Position numbers and translations under genes: made by a program
The notes under the pieces: model-generated
The model's input: only the letters and a program-made list of their open reading frames with translations
Told to the model about the DNA's origin: nothing
Database searches by the model: none
Part shown: positions 12,630 through 41,636 of the stretch, piece by piece
How positions within the stretch are numbered: the stretch's first letter is position 1
How the letters are laid out: the number at the start of each line of letters is the position of its first letter
Origin: Takakia lepidozioides
Taxonomy: Eukaryota > Plantae > Bryophyta
Reading direction: 5' to 3'
Assembly (NCBI GenBank): GCA_030704615.1
Contig: CM060733.1
Coordinates: forward strand, 5,146,001-5,210,000
Length of the DNA: 64,000 nt

Positions 12630-13184
12630 TTACCGTGGTGCAGTAGTCGGTGGAGACTGAACCACAACAGGTTGTGGCACTTCCGTCGAGGAGAAACCCT
12701 CTGATGGTGGCGGTCTTCTAGGGTATAAATCTGCCCCTGACGACGTTGACAGTGACTGGTTCTCGGGCTCAGGCTGTAAGAGCGACACTGCTGATGGGCC
12801 ACAATCTGCCTGGTGCGATGGAATCCAGCCATTGTATACTTTCCACTGTACTCCACTAATCGGAGGCTTATAGGACGCTTCATAAATTGGTGGACCTGCT
12901 CGGTAAGGCGGAGAAGCTAGTCTGGTCAAAAGCGGGTCAGACTCCAGGGTTATATTGCAGGAAACTTCGTCAGAGCCACAGGTTGATTCATTTGCCCCAT
13001 TTGCTGGACTACTTTTCTCACCTGCAGGAACTTTCTTGACTGGCTTACTGGGAATTACTGATGGTTCCCACTGACCCTTCCTGTCCTTGCCGCATTCAGT
13101 GAAGAAGTAGTGCGCCACAAAAAAAAGCAGCGGGAATATAACCAGAAGAACGAGCGCCATCGCCAGTTGGGCTTCCCCGCCCAT
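12630..13184 (-). CDS. Uncharacterised small single-pass membrane protein with Pro/Ser-rich tail
   Basis: 184-aa ATG-initiated ORF. N-terminal hydrophobic helix ALVLLVIFPLLFFVAHYFF is followed by basic residues and a low-complexity Pro/Ser region. Confidence 0.6.
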   Translation of the reverse strand: MGGEAQLAMALVLLVIFPLLFFVAHYFFTECGKDRKGQWEPSVIPSKPVKKVPAGEKSSPANGANESTCGSDEVSCNITLESDPLLTRLASPPYRAGPPIYEASYKPPISGVQWKVYNGWIPSHQADCGPSAVSLLQPEPENQSLSTSSGADLYPRRPPPSEGFSSTEVPQPVVVQSPPTTAPR

Positions 13185-14800
13185 TTCTACGACGCAAACT
13201 CCCCCGCCTTCAATTCACCACAAATTTCTCTGGATCTAAAATATACTCTGAGCTTGGAATTTCCTGAGAGTCAAGCCCTAATTTGAGGACCGACAGAGAT
13301 GGATCATAGACAGAATGGTATCAGATGCAGAAAGACCACACCGCAGCGGACAACAGTACAGAAATTCTTTCCTAGAGAGCTCTTCGAATTTCATGGTACA
13401 GCATCTTCGGACAGGCTCTTCAGACAGAACTTCAAGAGTCCCCTCCGCCCTCTTTGGGGGAGGGGCAGAAGAGAAGGAACCTCACTATATGCGTGTGCTT
13501 CAGGCGAGATTTGTCGCCCTGGGAGAGATAGAGAGAAGGAGTTTGAGAGAGACAGGAAGAAGTGAAGAACCAGGTGATCTGCAGAGGCTTCACAGACTGT
13601 AAGCTTGCGTTCCATTTTGATGACCGACAATCCAATCCAGCCCTGCATGTGTCCGTTGAACTCAAATTCAAAACCGCAGAAAACGGTCCAGCTGAACGAG
13701 TTTCATCCATTGTGATCATCAGTGCAAACAATCTCGTTGTATGTTACACTCTAATAAGCTTAGATGTATAGAGTTCTTGAAAGTTGTTCATACTTTCGAT
13801 AGTTCTAATCATCAGAGGAGGATGTGTATTGATCGCTCATTACGTTGAAATAGTGAGAGGAGATGTAATCAAAATCTTGCTTCAGAAAACTTTGAAAGTC
13901 ACACTGAGCTTGACTCGAGTGATCTAGAGGTACTTAGAACAACATTTTGCAATTTGGCGGACGTCATTGTACATACTACAAAGTGGGATGGTGATAGATC
14001 GGACACAAGATGACATTGCAATCCTTGTGATTACCTTGTCATTATGCGTCACCTTTCTACCAGTTACTGCTACGAATCTCTGTATGATGCGAGCTGAATT
14101 GGCCGTATATGATCTTTCTCTTCTAGCTTCGAACTCTGACAATTAAATCTTGGTCAATGTCCTGCCATTGGAGCCTCATTGGAGCCCGGTACCGGTCGTC
14201 ATAGCCACCTGCAGTTGTTGGGTGGCTTGATGGGGCCACCAATCTGCCTGAAGCTGGTCGGATAGGTATTTAAGCCAGCTGAGTCAGGACCTTGAATCCA
14301 CAGCCGCCGTCGTCGAGCTCAGTTTCGCTCTCCTTGAGAACATTCGTGCTGGACAAGATCCAGAGTCGATCGGCGCGTCTAACTATTGTAGACTTGAGGC
14401 TCCTCTTCATCTTCCTGTAAGTTGCTCTCAAGCTCAGTATTTGTTGTTTTCCATACATGCAGGTCTTGTGTGACATACATGTGCCTCCACCACATGTGGC
14501 GTTTTGGTCGATTCTATTTTGTTTTTGTGATAGAAGGTCCATAGTCCAAAGGTCTACAGGTTGATAACAGTAAAATCCTCGACTTGGACTCTCCTACTTC
14601 TTGTGTGTGAGAAACTTGGCACCTCTTGCGCTCTTTTCTCGCGAGTTCAAATTCCTTAACACCATGAAGGAGTTTAATTCTCGATTTTGTCAGTGGCTTT
14701 GCATCAATTGAAGATGGTACCTACCTATTCTCCCAGAACGAGAGGGTGTTCATACATGCTGTCAGTCGTCTAAGCTGCATCTCACAGCAGAGTCCAGACA

Positions 14801-15364
14801 ATGTGTGCAGACATGGACACGTCGCGGGCTCAGAAATGGGTCGCCTTCGCAGTCCTGTGGTTAGCTACAGTTTTCCCATCTGCAGGTGCCAATGGACCTG
14901 CCGGAAAGCAAGCTCCCGTGACAAGCAAAGAGCGCCCGGTACTGAAGTTCTACGTTCATGACCTTGTACTCGAGAAAACAGACAGCAGTGCAGTAGTAGT
15001 CGCAGGGCCTGGAGGAAATGTCACTGCCCTCGGCATGGGTACCATTGTGGTGACGAACGACTTGGTCACCGATGAGCCGAGTCTCACCTCCAAAGCATTG
15101 GGAAGGTTTCAGGGCTTCTATACATTTAGCGCGGTGAATCCCCCAAGCTTGCAGTTGACGAACACTGTCGTTTTCCAGTCTGGGACGATCGCCTTGCAGG
15201 GCGATGACCAGATCTTACTGCCAGTGAGAGAGGTTGCAGTGGTGGGCGGAACCGGCGCTTTCCGTTGTGTGCAGGGATATGCGCTCTTGAGAACTTTCGG
15301 CCATCCAGAAGGTTACTCTGCCATCATTGAATTCGAAACACACCTCTTCTCCGGGGTATGCTAG
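14801..15364 (+). CDS. Dirigent (DIR) protein
   Basis: Signal-like N-terminus; dirigent motifs LKFYVHD, GTIVVTNDLVT, LGRFQGFY, REVAVVGGTGAFRCVQGYA. Single exon. Confidence 0.93.
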   Translation: MCADMDTSRAQKWVAFAVLWLATVFPSAGANGPAGKQAPVTSKERPVLKFYVHDLVLEKTDSSAVVVAGPGGNVTALGMGTIVVTNDLVTDEPSLTSKALGRFQGFYTFSAVNPPSLQLTNTVVFQSGTIALQGDDQILLPVREVAVVGGTGAFRCVQGYALLRTFGHPEGYSAIIEFETHLFSGVC

Positions 15365-17965
15365 TTGCAAGCTGCATGCATCATGGACCCACGTGACCTA
15401 CATCCATCTAGCTGAAATCTTCACACTGAGCTACATGCATACAAGTCTGCCTTACCAGGCCCTCGAGTCATTGCAGCTCTCATTTATATTGTTGCTCCTG
15501 CATCTTCCAGGATGAGAAGCACTTTCAAGGCTTCCGCACTCATCTTGTAACATATGTCTGCAGAGTTTACAGCTCCAACTAGGAATAAATGGTGCCCACT
15601 GGCAGATGAATAAGTTTCTCACATGTGCATCTGCCATGAAGAATAAGCCTCTGATCCCTTTGCTGTCTCTGTGCCCCTACCGTATACTGATCTCCTGGCA
15701 ACGCAGATGTCAGTGATTGAATGTTTGAAGGCAAGTTTGTCTTTTCAAGATATTGTACATACTTCGAACGTGAGTATAGCTCAATTCATCCGTTTAAATG
15801 TTCAAGTCCATCTAATTTAGCCCTTCTTTGAATGGACTGTCCAGAGATTCAAATCCCACTAAATGTAGTGGAATAGTTTGTTATAACTACCTACCCCTTC
15901 ATGTTGTCTGTCTACCCCTTCGTGCTCTTCTACCTTTTCATGTGGGCAGCCCACCTTTTCATGCTCTTCCTCTACCTCTTCAAATCTAGAGAGCCACATC
16001 CAAATGCATTAGGACCCATTGGACATCCTCGTCTCTTCCATACATGCTGAAGAATTGAGCATGGTCATAGAAAGAACTCGTCACGTACTTGAGGAAATGC
16101 AAAAGATCATTTCTAGAGAGATTCCTTGTCCAGTACCTGAAATATAACCGTGGATGCAGCGAAGTGTATGTTGCAGTTACTGCACTGCGTTGAGGACATC
16201 GATATCTTTTGGTCTGTAGCAAGTGATCATCCAGGTCCTAGGCTCCGGAACAGACTCAAGCCACTACACCGCTTCGTTCATGTAATACCAAAGATTCTTA
16301 CCGCTGTGCAGTGGATTGAATGCTCCTTTCTCCAAGAGCGTGCATCACACACTAGGAAGCCCATCATATTCTCCCCACAGTGGACACAGGTATTTCAGTC
16401 TTGCGATTAACATCCAGATGATCCATTGCTCGAAGAAGTTAGTGGTCCAACATTCTTGAAAGCGTTTGTAGATAGGATTCCATGTATCAATTGATCGAGT
16501 AAATTATGTTTCGTGAGTTCACAGTCATTGCCCTTAAGACTTCCTGGCCAGCCCGAGTTGGGTCATTGCAGCTGTTTCTCATATACCCGCTTCTGACATG
16601 GGATACTGCATGCATGCACCTTTACAACAAATTTAAAAGCATCGCAATTTTCAGTGCTCTCCCCTGTGCATCAACGTAGGATCAAAGTGCAGCCTTGTAC
16701 ATGTACATTGAAGTGGAATCAAATGAGTTTTACATGAACGACTATTCCAATCACCACTTGCGATGCTGCTAAAATCATGATCTCATCATGATTAGACCTC
16801 TGTTATAATGTATCTCTCTTTCCAATTTACATTCTCGAGATCTGTTGCAGGGTATGGAAACTGTTAGTTAAAGAAGCCATCACCAAACGTGTTGTACAGT
16901 AGATATCCTTCAGGACCATATTCTCATGTGCAATACCATTACATTCTGAACATTAGAGCCTGAGCCAGACGACTTCAGGGTCCGATTCTGATGCACACGA
17001 TGATCTGTAGTAGTGAGCTATCAACTGGTTGCTAAGAAATTTACACACGAATGTACCCAAGTTGGTGATGTCCAGCATGTCATGTTGATCATTCGACTTC
17101 ATTCATGTACTGGTCTTGATGTCAAGGAGCTTTAATAAGCAGATTTTAGTGCTCAACCATGTACGGTCCATTTCCCCTTCAATTACTGAAGCTTGGTGAG
17201 CACTAACCAACGTCGGCACGAATGGTGCATGCAGGCCCTGCACTTTTGGCACCCCTTCTCTCCCGGGAGGGGGTCGCTGTGGGTGTGCCTAAAGACGAGG
17301 TGTGGTTAGACCAAATCTGGGTTGTCCTCTTACCAGCATGCAGGGTTAATTAAATGGAACGCTTGGAGACTTCACTGAAAGCTCCTTCTTGCGTGGGGTT
17401 CCAGTAAAGAGCGCCAGGATTCCTAATACCCAAATCTTATGAGCGAGGCCTCAGGCCAATAAAGTGACCCTCACAGAATTTGTTTTGACCAGTTCGTGTG
17501 CTTGGTGGGTTTCCTCAATAAGGACCTTGAGTGGATCATAGGACATTAGTCCCTCTAGAGAGTAATCATGAGAGAGACTTCATGGTCTTGTCAAAGATTA
17601 ACAGTAAGTCTTTTAAGATATCATACCCTCAAACTGCTCGGTACGTTGACACAGTTCCTGCATCGGTAGAGCAAGAATTAAGCTTCTGCAGTCCAGCATA
17701 CCATCTTCTGGAGTATTGACTAGGTGAAACTAAAAAGCTTTCCAACTCATGTTGCAGGACTGACTTTAACAGCATTGATAATTGTATGACATGTATGACA
17801 GTCGTGGAGAATCCATAAAGCACAATCTTGAATCGAGCGCAAGCGATCTTGCTGTGCTGGGCTAGCTTGCGAAGCTTGGTGAGCCGAGGTATTGACATCA
17901 AGAATTTCTTCTGGCTTACAAAACAAGATTGAGTAAGGTAGTCCCGGAGGTTGTGAAGAAGAAGA

Positions 17966-20900
17966 ATGGTGCACCCACGGTTGAACGTCGGGGGTTCCAA
18001 GTATTGGTTGAGGGCAAGGAGTGGCAACCGAGGCGGCAGTAAGATCATTGTCTCCGTCGATTCTTTGTATAATATCTTCAAAGAGAACCGAGGGGCGACA
18101 AAGAGGGCTGAGCCAAGCAGCTCATCCAAAAATCTTGCAGCTACCCCAAACATACCTGCGCTCCGGAAGAGCGCCCGACTGTTTGAAAAGCGGGCAGCAC
18201 TGTTGCGCTGCACCCGGGGAGGCCCACAGTACTGGCTTCGCACCAGATCAAAGGGAAACAAGCGCTCACTCCTGGTCTCGGTGAAATCTCTTTATCCTTC
18301 TGGTAATGCTCCTTCCCTCCAGCAAAGTTATGGCATACATAGCCCTGGTATGCCACCAAGGCAGGAACTTCAAGATGTGATAAGCCAGATATCTTTGTTC
18401 ATTCACAAGCTCTTGTTATGCTCAAGATAATGCTAGAAAGGCTAGGAAACCGGTGAAGAGCGCTGGACAAGCACCGAGTGAAGATCACTCCATGGTGGTT
18501 TCAGCGTCGTTCATGTGAGGATTGTGGTGTGTTTCAGTCTGTTTGTGATCCATCCGAGAATCTTTTGTGCCCCATACGTACAGTTGTTAATGTGCAGGTG
18601 TTTTGGCCAAGCTTTGTCAAAGGAGAGGTCCTTCTTGCAACTCTCGTCTGGTTCCTCGCACTCTGAACACCTGCACTCACATATGCACTCTCAAAATACT
18701 GCTATGGAAAGCAGATTAGCAAACCCCAAAGTATGATCATCGTTGTGCTTACCTTAGAGATGTTCTTACACGGGTGACCTGAACGGTGGTGGTTAGGCTC
18801 AGCGAAAACGGGCTCCGAGAAGCAAGCTGGGAAAGGTGGACATGGCAGTTCCTCACGACAAATCCCGCGGAGAAAAAGTGCTCGATTGTTTGAGAAACGA
18901 GCAGCTTCTTTGTTGAGTTGTAGATCATGCAGGGCTGGCGGTGTTCGTCGGAAAATCTCGAAGTTCAAACGCAAGCGAAAGCACATCTGCTGGCTGTATA
19001 AGGGCACACCCTGGATGGGTGGATCTTACACCAAGATGTCCAGTGAGCTTGGGGACGACCGAAGAGCAAAAGGGGTCAAGTGCAATTGCGATTGTGAGTG
19101 CAAAGGTAAATTAGAAAATCCTCTGCCACACTGTTGTTTGCTTACTATCTCTGGAAGGGTCCTGTGGCTTGCGGATGTTGTTGATACTGGGGTTATGGTT
19201 TGTTTCTCCTTAGAATTTTGTATATGGGCTTCGAAGCACAGGAGGAAGGTACAGCAGAGATAATGACCCATAGGATCTAGCAGCAGTAAAGAAGTGGGAG
19301 AGTGTTATGAGCTGTCTAGATATAAGATGAGAGGCTTCTTGTCTATAGTTAGAAATCCAGACTGTAAACTGGTAGAACCCCAGAGAGGTATGTTACTGCA
19401 TGAAAAAATGTGTCTATCTTTTAAAGCGAAGTGTTACAGTTGCCAAATTGTAGTGATAATGTATTAGGACGCATGTGGTGATCAATGCACATACCAGAAC
19501 TGGGCAAAAGTGCGAGGTTCACAAGGAGCACACTCCTGATATCAACCAACAACAGGTTAGAAAGAGAAAAGTTAGTCAGACAACTGCCTGAATACAGCCT
19601 GGAGGTATGTTGTTACCCATTTCCACAAAGAGTGTTAGATTGGTGAAGAGAAACAGACTAGAGTCCGGGCACCATACTAACAGAGTTGCAATAGGATCAG
19701 AGCTAGCGCAAATCTGGTGTGCACCAGTGATTTCCTGTCTGTGGCTGAGAGCATTCCAGAAGCATCTACAGCTGTTTGGAAAGAGCGTAGCAGGTTGCCT
19801 TCTCCTCTCTTGCCACGAGAACGTGTTCTGGCGCTTTGTTACGTGCATTCTCAGGGGCCTCAACCTAAACCAGTGGGCTACTTTGTTAGATGGTGGTGCC
19901 CCTGTTGCTTCTTCTAGCAAGCGCGTCGACCAGCTGTGCAGGCCTGCCCTGCAACGATTGACTGAGCTGGGGGAAGAAGACTTGCTCCAGAGCATTCTTG
20001 AGAAGCTTCCTCCGGCTACTCTTCTACAGGCTGCCCGGGTACCCACCATGATTTAGATCAAAACTTATTGCACCTCATTGATGCCAAGCTATCACTTAAA
20101 GCTTTGTCCCCACTGCTGATGTAACATGGAAGGTTGGAGAATTTCTGAATGGATTTGGCCACTGGCAGGTATGTAGGTCATGGGCAAGGTTGTGTGAGTC
20201 AGCATTTAAAGAGGAGTGCAACCGCAAAGGATGGTCGCTGCCTCGGCTCCCTCGAGGGGCCACCCCTGCTTTTCCAGTTTGTGTCCTCAACCCACCATTA
20301 TTCATGCACTTCAATAACCCAGAAGAGAGATGCAACAAGTAGCATGATTGTCTAAGCTGTTTGTCCAACAGCTACCTTCAAAACCACAAAATTTCCCCCC
20401 AGGCCCCTTCCAGTCCTCTTCTCTATTTTTTTGCATCTGTTTGCTTTGCTTCTTGGCTTTCAAGTTTGGAGGACTAAGTGCAGAGGTTTTATTGGCTGCA
20501 CCCACACAAAAACCCTCACATTTCAAGACTCCTAGTGGTAGTGTAAAACAACCGTGAGTGGCTGGGCAATATAAAACCCCAATGCCATATACTCTGGCAG
20601 ACCAAACAAACCACAACACTACCAAAGAGTCAGTACCTACCAGGAATCATGCCCTTGAGAGTCATACATAGCCAAACATTCACAGGGAGCTGTCCATGAC
20701 CACCTTCTCTTTCTCCGCTTACCTCCATAAGGCACTCCATGTTCGTGCAACATTTGGGAATTCATGTGTTCTTTAGGTTCAGTGGTTCTACTGTGTTTCG
20801 TAGTGGAATTCTTCCTCTTTCTCTCTCTCTCAATTCCTAGACAGGAGTACTGGCTGACCTGCTGAATGAACTGGATGTGCCAGTGGCGGTCGTTGTACTA

Positions 20901-21102
20901 CAGGCACGCCTGCCGTGCGTGTGGGAAAGTGGGTGAGTTCTTTGTGAGGAAAACGCTGAATGGCAACTTCCAGTTTCTCTTGTGCGGGGGCTGCATTCGC
21001 CTCCCAGACGTCCGCGATCGCTTGGTGCAGTACTCCATTGATCTCTATGGAGTGACCGGGAAGCTCTTGGTGCCCAGCATCAACGTCCCCAGGGGTGCCT
21101 AG
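17966..21102 (+). CDS. Probable multi-exon F-box gene: basic repeated N-terminus, F-box, C-terminal CxxC..CxxC domain (5' exon structure uncertain)
   Basis: Exons 19855-20038, 20169-20276 and 20884-21102 join in frame through GT-AG sites to give LGEEDLLQSILEKLPPATLLQAARVCRSWARLC..FPWRSLYYRHACRACG..LLCGGC. Upstream ORFs at 17966 and ~18800-19105 carry a repeated RKSARLFEKRAA motif; their link to the F-box exons is inferred. Confidence 0.6.
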
Positions 21103-21289
21103 CTTCTTAGTTGCACAGTGTAATCATCGGATTCTCAAGGACAATGTAACAATCTCTAGAAGAGGAAACCTCACCATTTGCCTGCCGCATTGTACATAAT
21201 CCACTGCTCGATCCTGGAGCTCCAGGAGGGCTGGGAGCCCTTGCTTGGCATATGTAGAGCACACCCAATCCATGAAATTTGCTGTTACT

Positions 21290-21325
<36 letters not shown>
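21290..21325. repeat. (CT)n microsatellite
   Basis: CTCTCT run visible directly. Confidence 0.95.
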
Positions 21326-21327
<2 letters not shown>

Positions 21328-23026
21328 CCTTCTTCCATGGTATCTATCACAGGTCACAGATCAGTGTAGATGTAGAAATCTCACTAGACCCACACACAAT
21401 CCGCGGAGTAGTAAACAGAAATGTGATTGAAAGCTGTGAATTGTCAGCTGCTGTACATATTGGAGCTCAAATGCATTGCAATCCTCTCAGTCCTATCTCC
21501 ACACTCTCTTTTCGCCTCATCAAACCCTAAAACTCTGTAAACTCATGTTGATCGCAAGCATCTGCACAGTGAACCCAACGTCCCTTAGACGACCACGCTT
21601 CGTCAAATCAAAAATAAATAAATAATCTTTTTTTAAAGGGAAACACCTGGGAGAAATAATTGAATTCAGGATGGCCCTGGACGGCGCCGAGTTTTCATCA
21701 ATTTCGTATCTGTTCATCCAGTAAGTAAAGATGGTGACAGGATTTGAGCCCCGGTCGCCTGTATTGGAGCCTCTGTTTTTATTTCTGGCGAAATTTCGCA
21801 CTTTTTCGACCTCAAGAAATCAAATCGAATATTCTGTCGTAAATTCCCTATTTTCTCATGGATGAAATCGCCAAAATTCTCCAAAAAAACAAAATAAACT
21901 GAGGATGAATTCGCCTAACATGGATGATATACATGGATGAAAGTACAGAGGAGGATGATTCTGTCGAAATTTCGACGGATGAACAGAAAATATGTCTATT
22001 TCCTGCAAAACTCAGTAGCCGAATCTGTTATTTTCCGAATTTGAAACAAAAACACTGATTGGAGGGGGTTGAACTGGGTTGGTTACGGAAAGTAAAGTGC
22101 GAGTAGATGGCATGCGATGAGGGTCGTGGGATGTGTGAAAGGGAGGCAATTACGGGAATAATAAGCGAGAGAGAGGAGGGGGCAGGAAAGAGGGAGGCAC
22201 CGCTCCTTATCGTGTCTCTGTGAGGGACCACGTTTCCGAGAGGACTCCTGTCGGGGCGCTCTCTCGCCTGTCTATCTGTCTGGTGCAGAGAATTTCTGTG
22301 GGAAGTGGGGTTCTGTCAGGGGTTTCATCATGTTCTTTCTGCTGGTTTCTCTGTGTATGTCTTGAACTGATAGGCTTCGGCTTCGGCTCCCAGTGGCACC
22401 GTACTTTGGCATTTGTGATTGGCATCGGCGTAAGCTCCTTCCTCGCTCTGCTGCGAGTGAGGTGCTTGCTATCTTGTTTGAAATATTCAGCTCCCTTGCT
22501 TGGCTTGAAGAAGTCGTGTACTGGTCAGGTCTGGTCAGCGAAGCTTGCAATGTGTCCAGCTGGGGTTATTTCTCCTTCGTCGGCATGCGGTGATGCGGCA
22601 TATATACGGTTATCCTCCTTACAACTCGGCATCATTGACATGCTAGAGTGATATCAGGTCTGGTGTCCGACTCCAGTGGATTGGCTACTTTCAACTTGAG
22701 AAATAATTATTGGTAAAGATCACATTTTCCGAAGTCATACCCGATTTTGTCGTGAGTTGTATCGCTCGTTTTCCTTACACGAGAACTGATTCTCCCGTGC
22801 TAGGCTCCTCAACACGGTTCATTTAGTGAGTGTTAGATTAGGGTTTCTTGGCTGGTTGTACCCTAGCCGTGGTTTAAGGTACAAGATAAGTCTGGAGGAG
22901 TAGAGTGTCAGGGGCACAGGGTTTTTATTTCTCTGCAGTATCTTGCCCACTGTCATTTCGACCAAGCTGGTGGGTTCTCAGTATAAAGCTTGGCATTGGT
23001 CCAGAGGAGGCAGAGGAGTGGAAGCA

Positions 23027-39187
<16,161 letters not shown>

Positions 39188-40681
39188 CCTGTATTGGCTG
39201 TCATATTGTTTTGGAAGTGTAAGTAGTATACTGTGTCAAGGAGCCATGTGTAAATTCTTGCATATGATTCTCAGTGGGCTCCTTATTTTTACAGTGGCTG
39301 TTTTGCTAAAGCAAATCCACTGACAATTGTCAGCCAGTCTGTCATTGTTTGCATCCCAAACAATTGGCAAGTCTGCCTTTGTTGTGGCAACCTGTCTCTC
39401 AAGTCATAATTGGGTGCCTGCATAGTAGTGTGTATGGGCACAGCATTGATTGACTTAATGCAATTACCCTCAGTTACTCCCTGTGCTGTGCCAGAGGTCA
39501 ACAATTGGTTACTTTTGAGTAGCCTATTGAGTTAGGCGTTTGTTCTACAAGATGATTTTTAAAGCTAAAGAGTTGTTTAGACACCTAGAAATTGAGGGAT
39601 CATTGCTGGTTGTACTTTACCCAACTGTGGGACTCTTAAGATGTCATCAGAGAGAGCAATTCGAACAGAATGTATGTTGCCTGTGAGGCAATTGCAAGTA
39701 GGCCTGTACATAGGCCTAAGCTTTCGAGGGTGCCGATGGTTCGTCTTCCTTGTTTCCAGTCGTAGCTTTGTGTGTGTTTGTGATGTGGTAAAGAATAGAG
39801 GCATGAGTGCTGTCATTTCCACAGGTCTAGTGTAACATGTTTCTTCTAGCAAATCTTTGTAAAATTCGACCTCAAAACAACTCAATAAGGGAAAAAAAAT
39901 GAATTTTTCACCAAATCCTGACATCCTTGTTAGAGCTCGGAATGGAGGAGGTAACCACAATAACTCTCGACTACTTCATTGATAACCATTATCTTAATCT
40001 TACTTCCCCAACCTGGCTGCATCACACCTTTGACAGCCACTTTACATTCCTGGTTCTCTGAGAGACACCTACTTGTGCCTTCTGGCCACCTGCCTAGACA
40101 AGCAAGAAGGCAAGAGTCTACTCAGGGAAGCTGCTGTTTGAAACTAGTAGTGATCACACTTAATAATGTGGTGTAGAGTAGTATATAGTTCCCTATTGGT
40201 GGTAACCAAGCAAACAAAGACAACTTATTGCCGAGTACACAAACCGTTGAGGGTACAGCTCTGTACACTGAAGACCGGGAAAGGGGGCGGGGGAAGGGTG
40301 GCCGAGAAATAAGATCAAGACCTTGCAGCAGCGCGATCACTTTCAATATTGGCGTATGAGACATTGCGAGAACACTCCATGATGGTCTGCTCTGGCTGAG
40401 TTGTAAAAATCTCTTTAATAGTTGAGGACAACGGTTGGCAATGACTCCCTACTTAGAAAGCATGATCTCAGGACCTTTGTCTGCAGAGAGAAAATTCGGA
40501 TGGTTGTTTGATTATGGTGCTGCAACCTTTTGCTAGAGATGCATGGGACGATCTATGACCCTCTCTCGCTTCTTCTGCTACAGCAAACAATGACTTATGA
40601 ATCCATTTTCTTCCTCTCTCTCAGCAGGAGCTTCGATATTATACCAAAACAACAAACAGCCTGTCAGGCCAAAAGTGAGAC

Positions 40682-40801
40682 TTGCATGCAAGTTTCAACC
40701 CAATCATGACCAAACCGAATAACCACGGCGCGCTTCTCCTCAGCCAGAATGGCTTGGTCCACGGCCCATCCGGAATGCAAATGCGGCAACAAATACGACA
40801 T
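40682..40801 (-). pseudogene. DIM1: Orphan first exon of DIM1/YLS8 (U5 snRNP thioredoxin-like protein, TXNL4A)
   Basis: Minus strand reads MSYLLPHLHSGWAVDQAILAEEKRAVVIRFGHDWVETCMQ, then a GT donor. No intact second exon was found. Not in the ORF track because it is under 60 aa. Confidence 0.85.
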
Positions 40802-41269
40802 CTCCTCGACCCTCCTGAAATCCACACACAATCAAGTAGCCCAAACTCTTCCCTTGTTCAACACTCACTTTCCCCAGAACCCAACCCCTTCTCTCCCTTC
40901 TCACCTACCCTCTTTTCCCAACTTGACCCCTCCACACTTCTTGCTTACCCACCTTCCACAGCGACAATCTCACTAGACATGATCTTGAGCACTGCAAGCT
41001 CGTCTTGTCTTCCTCTCTCGCCTTCTGCGCTGCTGCGCCAGGAGGACGATGAGGGTTTGGCGGGCTTTACATATATAACGCTTAGGAAATAGGGCATACT
41101 GAGGTCGAATTCAGCCAGATATGATGGTCGCCACCAGTATCCAGGCGAAGAATCATATATAGAAGATTTGAAAGTTATGAGCTCTGCGATTGGAAAGTGG
41201 TTGACCTTCGGAACACGTTGCCAAGTGGAAGAGGTCCATGCGCTATCGATCTCGCGAGCATAAGTCTGG

Positions 41270-41443
41270 CATGCAGATTGCGACTTTGCCATGCTGCGCT
41301 TTGTATGGAGTAAGCAGCTCATGGGTAGCTCACAGATGTGACCTGTACCTCCATGCTCATGCAGATTGCGACTTTGCCATGCTGCGCTTTGTATGGAGTA
41401 AGCAGCTCACAGGTAGCTCACAGATGTGACCTGTACCTCCATG
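41270..41443. repeat. Tandem duplication, 88-bp unit x2
   Basis: CATGCAGATTGCGACTTTGCC..GTACCTCCATG at 41270 and 41358, nearly identical. Confidence 0.95.
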
Positions 41444-41636
41444 TTGTTGAGGCAGGCGGTGGGGAGTGTAGTATAGATTCATGAGGACGACGTCGCTCAT
41501 TCAATCACACTTCAGCTGGCAGCTTGTCTTGTGATCTCGGTCGACGCGTTCTGCCGCCCACCCTTCTGAGATTCAAGCAGTTAAATTATTTCTGTCTCCT
41601 CAGTCTCTGCGAATTGGTCCGACAAGTCAGTAGGCA

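Noticed and set aside
14200-14420. Degenerate paralog of the 12630-13184 gene
   Set aside because: Only a ~20-bp match and weak peptide similarity; could be chance.
15980-17150. Possible pseudogene on the minus strand
   Set aside because: Coding-like composition, but fragmented and unassignable by eye.
21725-21775. tRNA-derived SINE (B-box-like GGCTCAAATCC on minus strand)
   Set aside because: No A box, tail or TSD could be identified.
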